Origin: a virus
Lineage: Duplodnaviria; Caudoviricetes
DNA: 64,000 nt
Reading direction: 5' to 3' (one strand)
Virus record (IMG/VR): IMGVR_UViG_3300012983_000031
Coordinates: 96,001 to 160,000 of that record
The notes under the pieces were generated by a model, which was not told the DNA's origin, did no database searches, and saw only the letters and a list, made by a program, of their open reading frames with translations. Position 1 is the stretch's first letter, and every line of letters starts with the position of its first letter. Positions 12,363 through 21,868 of this stretch are shown here, piece by piece. Made by a program: the position numbers and the translations under genes.

Positions 12363-13467
12363 TGGAAATGTGTATTACAGCATCAGGAATCTGGCTGAAG
12401 CGATTCATTCAGACAGAACTTGTATCGCCAGAGATTTCAGATTAAAGGGTAGATACGAAAAAAATGGTGTTGTCTATACACTTTGTGACATAAATGACGA
12501 AAGCAATAAAGTTAAAGTTGTTACAATTGAAAAGGAAAGGGATGACGAAGATGAATATCAGGAGTTCCTTGAAGCCAAAAAGGTAACTCAGCAACCTTTC
12601 CAGATTTACAAATTAAAACCGTGGAAGCGTTCAAGGGGATACAGATATGCTGTTGCTTTATTCAGTGATGCTCACATTGAGGAAACCGTTAAACCTGAAT
12701 CTGTTAACTTCCTTAATGAGTACAATATTGATATTGCTGAAAAGAGAATAAAGAACTATTTTGTTAATCTTGCGACGTGTCTTGAACGCGATGAGGTTGA
12801 GGAACTTATTTTTGCATCGCTTGGAGATACAATCAGCGGTTACATTCATGCCGAACTTGAGCAAACAAATGGAATGTCACCGCTTGAAGCTACATTCAAG
12901 GCGCAATCTTTGATTTACAGTGGATTACGTTATCTTAGACTTGATGCAAATCTTCCTAAACTGAAGAAAATCCGTTTTGTTGGAATTGTTGGTAATCATT
13001 CTAGAACAACAAAGAAAATCCAGCACAGCAATGGGTACAAGCTGTCATATGAATGGCTGATGTATCAGAACATAAAAAAGGAATGCGAAATTACGAATCT
13101 TGATATTGACTTCTTTATTCCTGAAAGTGAGCTTGCCATCATAAAGACTGTTGATGAGAAGACTTTCATTTTTGCACATGGCTTCCAGATTAAATCAGGC
13201 GGAACAGGAACAGTGTGTGGAATATATCCAGCGCTTAACCGTTTGGTGCTGAAATATTCAAAGGTGTTCAAACAGGATATGCTTTTCATCGGTCACTTCC
13301 ATTCAAGTGTAAACACACCCAATGCCGTTGTTAACGGATCCATAATTTCCTACAACGCGTTCGCGCTTACAAACGGTTTTGAATACGAACGCCCGCAGCA
13401 GCAATATATCTGTTACGATTCAGAGCTTGGCGGGCAATTATTAACAAGACAAATTTATTGTGATTAA
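12319..13467 (+). CDS. Calcineurin-like metallophosphoesterase/nuclease with N-terminal HTH-like region
   Basis: SDAH, LGD, GNH, AHG and GHFH metal-binding motifs; ATG at 12319. Confidence 0.8.
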   Translation: MKPNQNYPQKIVASDGNVYYSIRNLAEAIHSDRTCIARDFRLKGRYEKNGVVYTLCDINDESNKVKVVTIEKERDDEDEYQEFLEAKKVTQQPFQIYKLKPWKRSRGYRYAVALFSDAHIEETVKPESVNFLNEYNIDIAEKRIKNYFVNLATCLERDEVEELIFASLGDTISGYIHAELEQTNGMSPLEATFKAQSLIYSGLRYLRLDANLPKLKKIRFVGIVGNHSRTTKKIQHSNGYKLSYEWLMYQNIKKECEITNLDIDFFIPESELAIIKTVDEKTFIFAHGFQIKSGGTGTVCGIYPALNRLVLKYSKVFKQDMLFIGHFHSSVNTPNAVVNGSIISYNAFALTNGFEYERPQQQYICYDSELGGQLLTRQIYCD

Positions 13468-14228
13468 TGAATCTACGTTTATTGTCAGATATGCATGGGG
13501 ATCTCCCCACCATAAGAAAGAAGTGTGATGTCGTTTGTATTTGTGGCGACATCATGCCTCTTGATATTCAAAGAGATTATGAAAAGAGCATCATATGGAT
13601 ATCAAGTAAATTTATACCTTGGTGCGAGAAGTTGCCTTGCGATAAAGTTATTTTTATTGCAGGGAACCATGATTTCGTGTTTGATGAAATGTATATCAGG
13701 TTCAAAAAGAAATACAATTTCTACGAACAAGGGATTGATAGCGATGTGTCTGAATCGTTTTCAAAATATGTAGCTTCTACATTTGGTTTGTTCCGTCTCG
13801 ATAAGATTAAGTATCTTCATAATTCTTCATATGAATATAAAGGTGTTAAATTTTATGGCACGCCTTATATACCAGAATTAAAAAACTGGGCGTTTTATGC
13901 TGATTCAGAAGAACTTAAAGCGATTTTTTCACATATCCCACAAAATGTGGATGTGCTATTGACACATTCCCCAGGAAAAAATGTAAACTTAACTGGCACA
14001 GTGCTTCAATCATTCTACAGACCAGAATATGGTTCACAGGAATTAACTGATGCTGTTAATGAAAGAAACGTGAAGTACTGGTTCTGCGGACATGTACACA
14101 CTGGCAACCATAATGTTACGTATTACAACGGAATAACAGTTGCGAACGTGAGCATCAAGGACGAAAACTATAATGTGACTTTTAAACCATTATCAATTGA
14201 AATAGAAGATGGCGAAACCGTTTGTTAA
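13467..14228 (+). CDS. Calcineurin-like metallophosphoesterase
   Basis: SDMHG, CGD, AGNHD, THSP, CGHVH. Confidence 0.9.
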   Translation: MNLRLLSDMHGDLPTIRKKCDVVCICGDIMPLDIQRDYEKSIIWISSKFIPWCEKLPCDKVIFIAGNHDFVFDEMYIRFKKKYNFYEQGIDSDVSESFSKYVASTFGLFRLDKIKYLHNSSYEYKGVKFYGTPYIPELKNWAFYADSEELKAIFSHIPQNVDVLLTHSPGKNVNLTGTVLQSFYRPEYGSQELTDAVNERNVKYWFCGHVHTGNHNVTYYNGITVANVSIKDENYNVTFKPLSIEIEDGETVC

Positions 14229-15102
14229 ATGGGCAGGAGGTAAATCGCAACTCCTTACACAGATAGACGAGAAAATAGGTGAGTTCAGAGATAATCTTGA
14301 CGAGTTCATCTATGTTGAACCGTTTGTCGGAGGAGGATCTGTGCTTTTTCATCTTCTTGATACTTGCTCAAATCTGAAATATGCTGTAATCAATGACGCG
14401 AACGAACAGCTTATGAACGTATATAAGGTGTTCGCAGATGATTACGATTATGTTGATTTCAAGAAACATCTTTATCAGATTCAGGAGGAATATAATAGTG
14501 ATTGGTACAAGAAGGAAAAGTATGTTCTTTATCGGTATCAGTATAATCATTGGATTAAGCATGAAATAAAGATGTCAGATGCGTGGGGAGCTGCAGCATT
14601 CATATTCTTAAACAAATGCGGATTCAACGGTTTGTATAGAGTGAATCAAAAAGGAGAGTTCAATGTTCCATGGGGACAGAAGAATCATGTTAACATATTT
14701 AATGAGGATGAACTTGACAAGTGTCACGTTGCATTGAGGGATAAGGTTGTGATAATGACAGGTGATTATCGTCGAACAGACGTGGTTCTGGATTTCGCAA
14801 GAAAGGATAAGTGCGATGTGATTTATTATTTTGACCCTCCATATAAACCAATAAGCCAGACATCGTCGTTTACTTCATACACAAAGGAGGCTTTTGATGA
14901 TGATGAGCAGGTTGCACTGAAGCAATTTTGTGATCAGGTTGATAATCATGGCGGGAAATTCATTCTGAGCAATTCAAAGTGTGGGGATTATTTCGATAAA
15001 TTGTATAACAAATACACTGTGGATACAATAAATGCAAAGAGAATGATAAATTCAGTAGGTTCAAAACGAGGAAATGTTGAAGAAATTTTAATACATAATT
15101 GA
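14209..15102 (+). CDS. dam: DNA adenine methyltransferase (Dam/D12 family)
   Basis: KWAGGK, EPFVGGGS, FNGLYRVN, DPPY. Confidence 0.93.
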   Translation: MAKPFVKWAGGKSQLLTQIDEKIGEFRDNLDEFIYVEPFVGGGSVLFHLLDTCSNLKYAVINDANEQLMNVYKVFADDYDYVDFKKHLYQIQEEYNSDWYKKEKYVLYRYQYNHWIKHEIKMSDAWGAAAFIFLNKCGFNGLYRVNQKGEFNVPWGQKNHVNIFNEDELDKCHVALRDKVVIMTGDYRRTDVVLDFARKDKCDVIYYFDPPYKPISQTSSFTSYTKEAFDDDEQVALKQFCDQVDNHGGKFILSNSKCGDYFDKLYNKYTVDTINAKRMINSVGSKRGNVEEILIHN

Positions 15103-15108
15103 TTGTAT

Positions 15109-15360
15109 ATGAAGGAAATAAACATTACAAAAATGCAAAAGGAGTATGCTGTTAAAGAATTACACCGTCAAGATATTAATGGGTGGATTCAAGCATATAA
15201 AGGCATTGATGGAATACCAGCTTATCGAGAAGGTGTTTTTGTTGGATCTTCGAATGGATATCTGGAGTGCGCGTATGATATAAAGAATTTAATATTATCG
15301 TTGGTTAAAGAAAATCCAAATGCATTGGCGGCTGATGTGCTAAAATTAATCAAGTTTTAA
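15109..15360 (+). CDS. Hypothetical protein
   Basis: ORF in operon. Confidence 0.6.
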   Translation: MKEINITKMQKEYAVKELHRQDINGWIQAYKGIDGIPAYREGVFVGSSNGYLECAYDIKNLILSLVKENPNALAADVLKLIKF

Positions 15361-15361
15361 C

Positions 15362-15973
15362 ATGGAGATCAAACAAGATTATAATAAAGGGATATTTACA
15401 GCATCCGCTATGCGTGATGTGCCTAATCCTATAACTGGAGAAATAAAACGCTTTGGTGTTAACTGTGAGTATACTGAGGAACATGTTATATCAATGAAAA
15501 GAATGAATATCGATTATAACGACCTTATACGAAAAAACGTTCAAGATGAATTAACAAGAAGTATTCAACAATATGAAATTGATGAGATAACAAAATGTGC
15601 AGAAGATAATAAAAATGTTTCTCATAAAGATTTTATATGTAACGGTCCTAATGATATTTTGGCAGATATTTGCCTTCATGATGTTGCATTTTATTCTTTA
15701 AATTACAAGTCACCAATTGTTATAGTCACACCATCGATTTACTCAATACTGAAATGTTCCAATTCTTTTAATGAAAGTAAAGCTGAATCATCTGGAATTT
15801 CATGTAAAAAATATTGTGGTGAAGTGTGTGTGAAGTGGACTAAAGACAAAATTGTAAATATGCATCTTTATTGTAACCAATATAAATCATGGAAGCATTC
15901 TGATATTCTTATCTATGATGATAAGAATCCAAAAAACAATCATATCATAAAATGTAATTTAATTTTCAACTAA
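15362..15973 (+). CDS. Hypothetical protein
   Basis: 203-aa ORF. Confidence 0.65.
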   Translation: MEIKQDYNKGIFTASAMRDVPNPITGEIKRFGVNCEYTEEHVISMKRMNIDYNDLIRKNVQDELTRSIQQYEIDEITKCAEDNKNVSHKDFICNGPNDILADICLHDVAFYSLNYKSPIVIVTPSIYSILKCSNSFNESKAESSGISCKKYCGEVCVKWTKDKIVNMHLYCNQYKSWKHSDILIYDDKNPKNNHIIKCNLIFN

Positions 15974-15985
15974 ACTTAATACATT

Positions 15986-16114
15986 ATGGCTAAATCTAGT
16001 AAACAATCATCGATTCCTTTCTTTAAGGGAAACGACAAGAAAGCTGGTAATAGTAACATTAACAGCAACCCAAAGGTTAATAACAAGAAACAGAACCAAT
16101 TCAGAAAAGTTTAA
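15986..16114 (+). CDS. Small basic peptide (42 aa), below the ORF-track cutoff
   Basis: MAKSSKQSSIPFFKGNDKKAGNSNINSNPKVNNKKQNQFRKV fills the intergenic gap almost exactly. Confidence 0.55.
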   Translation: MAKSSKQSSIPFFKGNDKKAGNSNINSNPKVNNKKQNQFRKV

Positions 16115-16125
16115 ACTATATCGTT

Positions 16126-17013
16126 ATGAAGCTGTTAGAACAGAAAGCAACATATATTCCACAGCAGCCTGGTGTTGAGGGAATATATAAACAGATAGAG
16201 CGATGTGCAAGGGTGTGCTATCAAAGTGAAGCAAAGATTGATGGGACATTTGACAGCGCAAAGGCATTCGTTGATAGGATGATTAAGTCACATCACACCG
16301 CTATGCTGGAATCTTGTTCAATATACTTAATGTGCGAGCGGAATTTTTATGATAACGTTGAATTTGAAAATGCATTGATTAAGTATGCGAACAACAAGTA
16401 TTCCAAACTTTATTATGATATGAATAATGTGTATGTGACCACGAATCTTAGGGTTATTGTTGAAAATCAGTGGGAGGATGATTTGAAATATGTCGTTGAG
16501 CCAACAGATAAGCATGAGAAACGATACACGTTTATACTTACGACTGACAGGGCAATAGCAAACGAGATTGTTCGCCATAGAGTGTTTTCATATGCCCAAA
16601 GTTCAACGCGATTCATTGATTACGCAAAAGATAAAGAAGCAGCGATAACGTTCATAAAACCTGAATGGTTCGATAATGCATCACCGCAGCAACAGGAAGC
16701 ATTTTTGCAACTTTGTATGTCAGCTGAATATACATATTTTGAATTAAGAGGGAAGTTTGGAGAAAATAAAGGATTTGATGGATCACCTCTTAGACCAGAG
16801 CAAGCAAGAAATGTGCTTCCGCTTGATTTGCAAACAGATCTTTGTATGACAGGATATGAATCTGATTGGAGATTTTTCCTTGATTTGCGATTGTTGGGAA
16901 AGACTGGAAAGCCGCATGAACAGATTAAAAATCTATGCGAGTTGATAGTCAATCAAATGAAGAATAATGGTTTGTATGATGGAATAATGAATTATAAAAG
17001 CAGGTTCGAGTAA
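16126..17013 (+). CDS. thyX: Flavin-dependent thymidylate synthase
   Basis: ARVCY, H(TA)MLE, RHRVFSYAQSSTR ThyX motif, EQARNVLP. Confidence 0.93.
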   Translation: MKLLEQKATYIPQQPGVEGIYKQIERCARVCYQSEAKIDGTFDSAKAFVDRMIKSHHTAMLESCSIYLMCERNFYDNVEFENALIKYANNKYSKLYYDMNNVYVTTNLRVIVENQWEDDLKYVVEPTDKHEKRYTFILTTDRAIANEIVRHRVFSYAQSSTRFIDYAKDKEAAITFIKPEWFDNASPQQQEAFLQLCMSAEYTYFELRGKFGENKGFDGSPLRPEQARNVLPLDLQTDLCMTGYESDWRFFLDLRLLGKTGKPHEQIKNLCELIVNQMKNNGLYDGIMNYKSRFE

Positions 17014-17039
17014 TTTTTGCTCGAACTTTTTTCTATATC

Positions 17040-17065
17040 AAATAAAAGTAGTATCTTTGCAACAA
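17040..17065 (+). promoter_or_regulatory. Bacteroidota-type promoter (TATCTTTG 17052-17059)
   Basis: AAATAAAAGTAGTATCTTTGCAAC upstream of the PolB C-terminal gene. Confidence 0.8.
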
Positions 17066-17078
17066 AATATAAAATCGT

Positions 17079-18884
17079 ATGGAAGATAAAATATTTGATC
17101 CAGAAACATGTTCATTGGACGAACTTCAGACCAGAATTGATGAGCTGGAGAATGAGGAAGATTATTATAACACGATGCAGTTGTCTGCAAAACAATTCAT
17201 CAATTCTGTATATGGTGTCTTTGGTACCAATTTTTTCAACTTGTCAGATGCGCGTATCGCAGAATCTATCACGCTGCAGGGTCAAGATCTGATTAAATTT
17301 TCAGTGGTTGAGATTAATGATTATATCAATAACCACTGGAACACTGATTATGATGGTCACAAACGAATCGCCGATAAAATGAAAAGCATATTCGGCGATA
17401 AATTTAAGTATGATGAATTTCTTGAAGCAGCGAAGACAAATAAGATAAACATTGAAACTGCACAAATATATGGAGATACGGATTCAATTGATTCTCAGTC
17501 ACTTATAAGAACATTAAAGCATCCTAACGGAATAAAAGTTGAGGATTTCTATAATGAGAATATTGATAATGTTGGTGAAACAACATTGATTGGTCATGAG
17601 TCTGTTCATACAGATGATATGGTTCTTAACTTTGGTGGGCATGAACTTACAAATTTTTCGTTGCTTTATTATGGTAAAGTTAAACGAATCATAAGACATA
17701 AAGTCACAAAGCCAAAATGGACTTTAACGACAAAGGCAGGTCATTGTGTGCATGTTACTTCAGATCATTCTATCATGGTATTGCGTGATGGGAATTTGCA
17801 GAAGATGTCACCAACTGAGACAAGACCTGGCGATTGTGTCATTTCAGCTGATGTTATGCGTGGCGATATTGTTGAAAAAGAAGATTCAATTGTTTCATGC
17901 ATTGAAACTGGTACGTTTAATGATGAATATGTGTATGACATTGAAATGGATGATAACACGCACACGTTTTTCGCGAACGACATCCTTGTACATAATTCAG
18001 CTTACATCACAATGCAGCCTATCATTGACGCATGCTATATACCGTTGGATCAGCAGCTGGATTTTGACCTTGTGTTTTATGATGAGATTCTGGAAGCATA
18101 TATGGACAAGAAGTTCGATGAGTATGCGGAAAAATTCCATTGCTCAAAAAACCTTGAGAAGTTTGAGCTCGAAAAGATCTCAAGGACAATCATCATGCTT
18201 GCAAAGAAGAATTATATATGTGATGTTGAATGGATTGATTCTGGAGCAAGATTTGATCCTCTTGCACATATTACATATACTGGATATGATGTAGTCAAGG
18301 GAACAACACCAGAATACTGCAGACAGGAAATGAAGGCGTTCGTTAACTTTGTGATGGGGATATTGAATGAAGGAAGAAAACCGTCAATGGATGAAATATG
18401 CAAATTCCTTAAGGCGATAAAGAAACGATTCGTCATGCAGCACCCTAATGACATATCAAAGGCTGTCGCTATATCTAATTATGAGAATTTTGTAAAATGC
18501 GACAACGGGGAGAAGATTGAGTATTTCCTTTTTAAGAAGAGTGTTGATGAAAACGGCAACACGTATGAAACGAACCAAAAGCTTCCAGTGCCGATCCATG
18601 TCCGTGCTGCCGCAGTGTATAACAATATGCTGTTCAATAAAGGAAAGAAGTACAGAAGCAAATACTCGTTAATTAAATCTGGTGACAAGGTTAAATTTTA
18701 TTACACTGGAGAGGATGAGGTGTTCGGATTCGTGCCAGACTTATTCCCCGTGGAGTTCGCCCCACAGATGAATATTGACATACAGTTTGAAAAAATGTTG
18801 CTTAGTCCGCTGAACAGAATAGTTGTCGCTATGGGCTATAATGAAATTCCGCCTACGTTGGCGTATACTCCAGGGTTGTTCTGA
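17079..18884 (+). CDS. Family B DNA polymerase, C-terminal subunit (motifs B and C, thumb), intein-containing
   Basis: KQFINSVYG (motif B), ITLQGQ, YGDTD|S (motif C), KKNY; lacks exonuclease and motif A. Confidence 0.92.
   Translation: MEDKIFDPETCSLDELQTRIDELENEEDYYNTMQLSAKQFINSVYGVFGTNFFNLSDARIAESITLQGQDLIKFSVVEINDYINNHWNTDYDGHKRIADKMKSIFGDKFKYDEFLEAAKTNKINIETAQIYGDTDSIDSQSLIRTLKHPNGIKVEDFYNENIDNVGETTLIGHESVHTDDMVLNFGGHELTNFSLLYYGKVKRIIRHKVTKPKWTLTTKAGHCVHVTSDHSIMVLRDGNLQKMSPTETRPGDCVISADVMRGDIVEKEDSIVSCIETGTFNDEYVYDIEMDDNTHTFFANDILVHNSAYITMQPIIDACYIPLDQQLDFDLVFYDEILEAYMDKKFDEYAEKFHCSKNLEKFELEKISRTIIMLAKKNYICDVEWIDSGARFDPLAHITYTGYDVVKGTTPEYCRQEMKAFVNFVMGILNEGRKPSMDEICKFLKAIKKRFVMQHPNDISKAVAISNYENFVKCDNGEKIEYFLFKKSVDENGNTYETNQKLPVPIHVRAAAVYNNMLFNKGKKYRSKYSLIKSGDKVKFYYTGEDEVFGFVPDLFPVEFAPQMNIDIQFEKMLLSPLNRIVVAMGYNEIPPTLAYTPGLF
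17484..17996 (+). mobile_element. Mini-intein (171 aa, no homing endonuclease) in PolB motif C
   Basis: Begins with Ser after YGDTD; block B VTSDHS; block F YVYDIE; ends ILVHN followed by Ser; splicing restores YGDTDSAY. Confidence 0.92.
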
Positions 18885-18886
18885 TT

Positions 18887-19357
18887 ATGAAACTATATAC
18901 GTCATATTACGCAAACATGAAAAACCTGCCATCTAATTATTTGATGGTGGGTATTTCTCGTTCATGCCCAAATTGGTTGAAAGGTGAAAATCAGCCAGGA
19001 AATTTTCTTTTCGTTCCAGATAATGTTCTTGCTCCGCCTGCATCTTTGCTGTCAGAAAGAAAATCAGGAAATGTGTCGGATGAAGAATATAAAAGACGAT
19101 ACAAGGAACATATACATTATTCTTTCTCGCATTCAATTGATTACAAAGACATTAAGGATTGGTATGAAAAGATGTGTGATGAATTTGAAGATAAATACGA
19201 AGGGATTGTATTTCTGTGTTATGAGAAACCTACTGACTTTTGTCACAGGCACATATTGAGAGAAATATTCAATAGAGAATATCATATACAGATCGATGAA
19301 TTTCCAGTAAAAGAAAAAATGGAAAAGAAAGAACCAATAACTAACGCACTGTTTTAA
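18887..19357 (+). CDS. DUF488-like protein
   Basis: YTSYY, LAPP and LCYEKPTDFCHRH motifs. Confidence 0.75.
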   Translation: MKLYTSYYANMKNLPSNYLMVGISRSCPNWLKGENQPGNFLFVPDNVLAPPASLLSERKSGNVSDEEYKRRYKEHIHYSFSHSIDYKDIKDWYEKMCDEFEDKYEGIVFLCYEKPTDFCHRHILREIFNREYHIQIDEFPVKEKMEKKEPITNALF

Positions 19358-19358
19358 G

Positions 19359-20225
19359 ATGGTAAAGTATGATTCAAAGGCATGTTATATAATTGTGCCA
19401 GACGTTCATGGAAGGACGTTCTATTATGATGCTGTTGACATGTTTATGAAGAACAGCAAACTTAAGATGATATTTCTTGGGGATTATGTCGACCCTTATC
19501 CTCAAGAGCAAATAACAAAAGATGACGCGCTTAAACGATTCAAGAAAATAATAGAGTTTAAGCAACGATATCAGGATAGGGTAACACTTCTTATCGGAAA
19601 TCATGATCTTCATTATTTTGATGGATCACGAACAGGTTGCCGTATGGATTTCAATAATAAACAGGAAATCTCTGATCTGTTCATGAATAACATGGATCTG
19701 TTTGAATGGGTGAAGTGCGAAAAGATAGGGAAATCGAACTTTATCTTCTCACATGCTGGAATACCATATAATTGGTTTGATACGTATGCTGTTGATCTTG
19801 GAATATGCAAAGAAGATGAAAAAACGGATGAACTAGTGGAAGAAAACTTCACATATAATAATATAAAGAACATTGATTGGAAAGAGCTTGCAAAGGATCA
19901 AAAATGGATCGAAAGCTTTGGCGATGTTGGCTCATCAAGAGGTGGATGGTGTTCACATCCAAGTTTCCTGTGGGCAGATCTTTCTGACCAACTTCTTGCC
20001 CCTGAAAGAATAAAAGGATGCAAGCAGGTTTTCGGTCATACCATACAAACATCAACATCACCTGTTAAATTCGATAATTACTATTGTCTTGATTGCAGAA
20101 ATGTATTTTATATAAACGAAAAAGGCAATGTTGTTACAACAGATTATAAGTCTATATATGATAATGGTAAAAAATATAAAGAGGCTTATATGGCGTATTT
20201 TAGACGTATGTCATATTTCTTCTGA
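19359..20225 (+). CDS. Calcineurin-like metallophosphoesterase
   Basis: PDVHGR, FLGDYVD, IGNHD, SHAG, FGHT. Confidence 0.9.
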   Translation: MVKYDSKACYIIVPDVHGRTFYYDAVDMFMKNSKLKMIFLGDYVDPYPQEQITKDDALKRFKKIIEFKQRYQDRVTLLIGNHDLHYFDGSRTGCRMDFNNKQEISDLFMNNMDLFEWVKCEKIGKSNFIFSHAGIPYNWFDTYAVDLGICKEDEKTDELVEENFTYNNIKNIDWKELAKDQKWIESFGDVGSSRGGWCSHPSFLWADLSDQLLAPERIKGCKQVFGHTIQTSTSPVKFDNYYCLDCRNVFYINEKGNVVTTDYKSIYDNGKKYKEAYMAYFRRMSYFF

Positions 20226-20293
20226 TTACAATAAATGATAAAACAATGATTTTTTCAAAAGATAAATAATGAAAACGACAAACTAATTGACAA

Positions 20294-21694
20294 ATGAAGA
20301 GATATAGTTATAAAACAAAGAAGCTCTATGAATCTGTTCAAGTATACGGTATGGAACTTGTCAAGTATGATGCTGACGGTAATAATATTGATGAGATGAA
20401 AAGCGTGAAAACTTTTGATACAGTTGAAGATGCGTTTGAAGAAGCATACCGTGATATTACAGAGTATGCAAAAGATAATGGCATAGATCAACACGACATT
20501 ACATGGGAACGTGATGAAAATTCTGTTACATTTGAACTTCCAGACGGCGAACAATGGGTATATACATTAAATGTGTCAACAAAGGATGTAGAGTTAGAAA
20601 GAATGGATAATGTGCAGAGTCGTTCTGCTATCATTGATGATGTTACAGATGTTGATGAATCTGTGGATAATCATTTATCTAAGCGTAACAAGATGTTTGA
20701 GTCAGTTGCTAATGATAATTGGATTCTTGTTAAAATTCAAAAAGCTGGCAGCAAAGATACTTTCATTGTGTCTCATTCTGTTTCTGAAGCAATCAGAACA
20801 TTCATAAGAATGCACAAAGGTGAATATATTGATAAGAACGATGTATTAAATAAATGTGAAGTTTCAAAAGTAGAAACATTCTATAGTTTGTGGGATTATT
20901 TGCCTGATGATTCTGATTATAATGATAAATTATATGTTGTTGGTGCGTATAGTGATGTGGATAAAGAAGAAATTTATATAATGGCAAAAACAGGTAGTGA
21001 TGCACTAGAAAAAATTAAAAACCTATTTCCAGATGAAAAACTTCGATTAGGTGCTCCAGAGGAAGTTGGTGGGTACGGAGGTTATGATGTCTTTATTGAT
21101 AGGGGAACCAATGAATCTGTAGCTGAACGTTTTTCAAGACTTCGCCAGATGTTTGAATCTGATAATCTTAATGAGAAGGATGATGACGATGATGAAAACG
21201 TTGAAGGTTCAAGCGAGGATCCAGACGCAAAGGAAACAGGAGAACCAGATGATAACAACGATGAAAAGGATGATGATAATGACAATAACAACGACAACGA
21301 AGAAGATTCTGATGAGGATCAGGATATGAAAGCTGTAATTATCACAGTAAAGAAAGGTGATGAAGATAAATGCAAGGATGAACTTGTTGACGCAGGAATC
21401 GCAGAAGATGATATTGAAATCCTTGAAGCTGGAGAAGATGATGAGAATGTTGACATTCGTATCGATGTTAATTCAGTTATGGAGCTTAAGGACTATCTTG
21501 AGAAGAAAGGTATTGATCTTGAAAAGGAAATCGGTGGAGAAATCGTCACAGATGATGAAGAAGGAGAAGGTGATGAGGAAGGTGATGAAGATAAGGATGG
21601 AGAAGGTGAAGGAGAAGGTGATGAGGAAGATTTCGATTTCGATAATCTCGGTGATATCTTTGGAGCAGGAGAAGACGAAGGTGAAGAAAAATAA
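20294..21694 (+). CDS. Highly acidic late protein, probable internal head protein
   Basis: D/E-rich C-terminus, repeated x-x-E-S motifs, late-promoter motif at 20260. Confidence 0.55.
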   Translation: MKRYSYKTKKLYESVQVYGMELVKYDADGNNIDEMKSVKTFDTVEDAFEEAYRDITEYAKDNGIDQHDITWERDENSVTFELPDGEQWVYTLNVSTKDVELERMDNVQSRSAIIDDVTDVDESVDNHLSKRNKMFESVANDNWILVKIQKAGSKDTFIVSHSVSEAIRTFIRMHKGEYIDKNDVLNKCEVSKVETFYSLWDYLPDDSDYNDKLYVVGAYSDVDKEEIYIMAKTGSDALEKIKNLFPDEKLRLGAPEEVGGYGGYDVFIDRGTNESVAERFSRLRQMFESDNLNEKDDDDDENVEGSSEDPDAKETGEPDDNNDEKDDDNDNNNDNEEDSDEDQDMKAVIITVKKGDEDKCKDELVDAGIAEDDIEILEAGEDDENVDIRIDVNSVMELKDYLEKKGIDLEKEIGGEIVTDDEEGEGDEEGDEDKDGEGEGEGDEEDFDFDNLGDIFGAGEDEGEEK

Positions 21695-21723
21695 TGACAA
21701 TGAAAATAATTTATATTTGTTTG

Positions 21724-21751
21724 GGCGATTCCTTGGGGGATCGCCTTTTTT
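21724..21751 (+). terminator. Rho-independent terminator
   Basis: GGCGATTCC-ttgg-GGGATCGCC followed by TTTTTT. Confidence 0.85.
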
Positions 21752-21810
21752 GATGAAATGAAATAAATATATCTTTATTCAATTTTTATAAAAATCATCT
21801 CTTCGCCAAA

Positions 21811-21819
21811 AGATAAATA
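21811..21819 (+). promoter_or_regulatory. T4-like late promoter AGATAAATA
   Basis: Recurs upstream of virion genes; resembles T4 TATAAATA. Confidence 0.65.
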
Positions 21820-21868
21820 AAGAAAAGATTTTCAAAAATAGCTAATTAAAAATAACACATAGAAAGTT

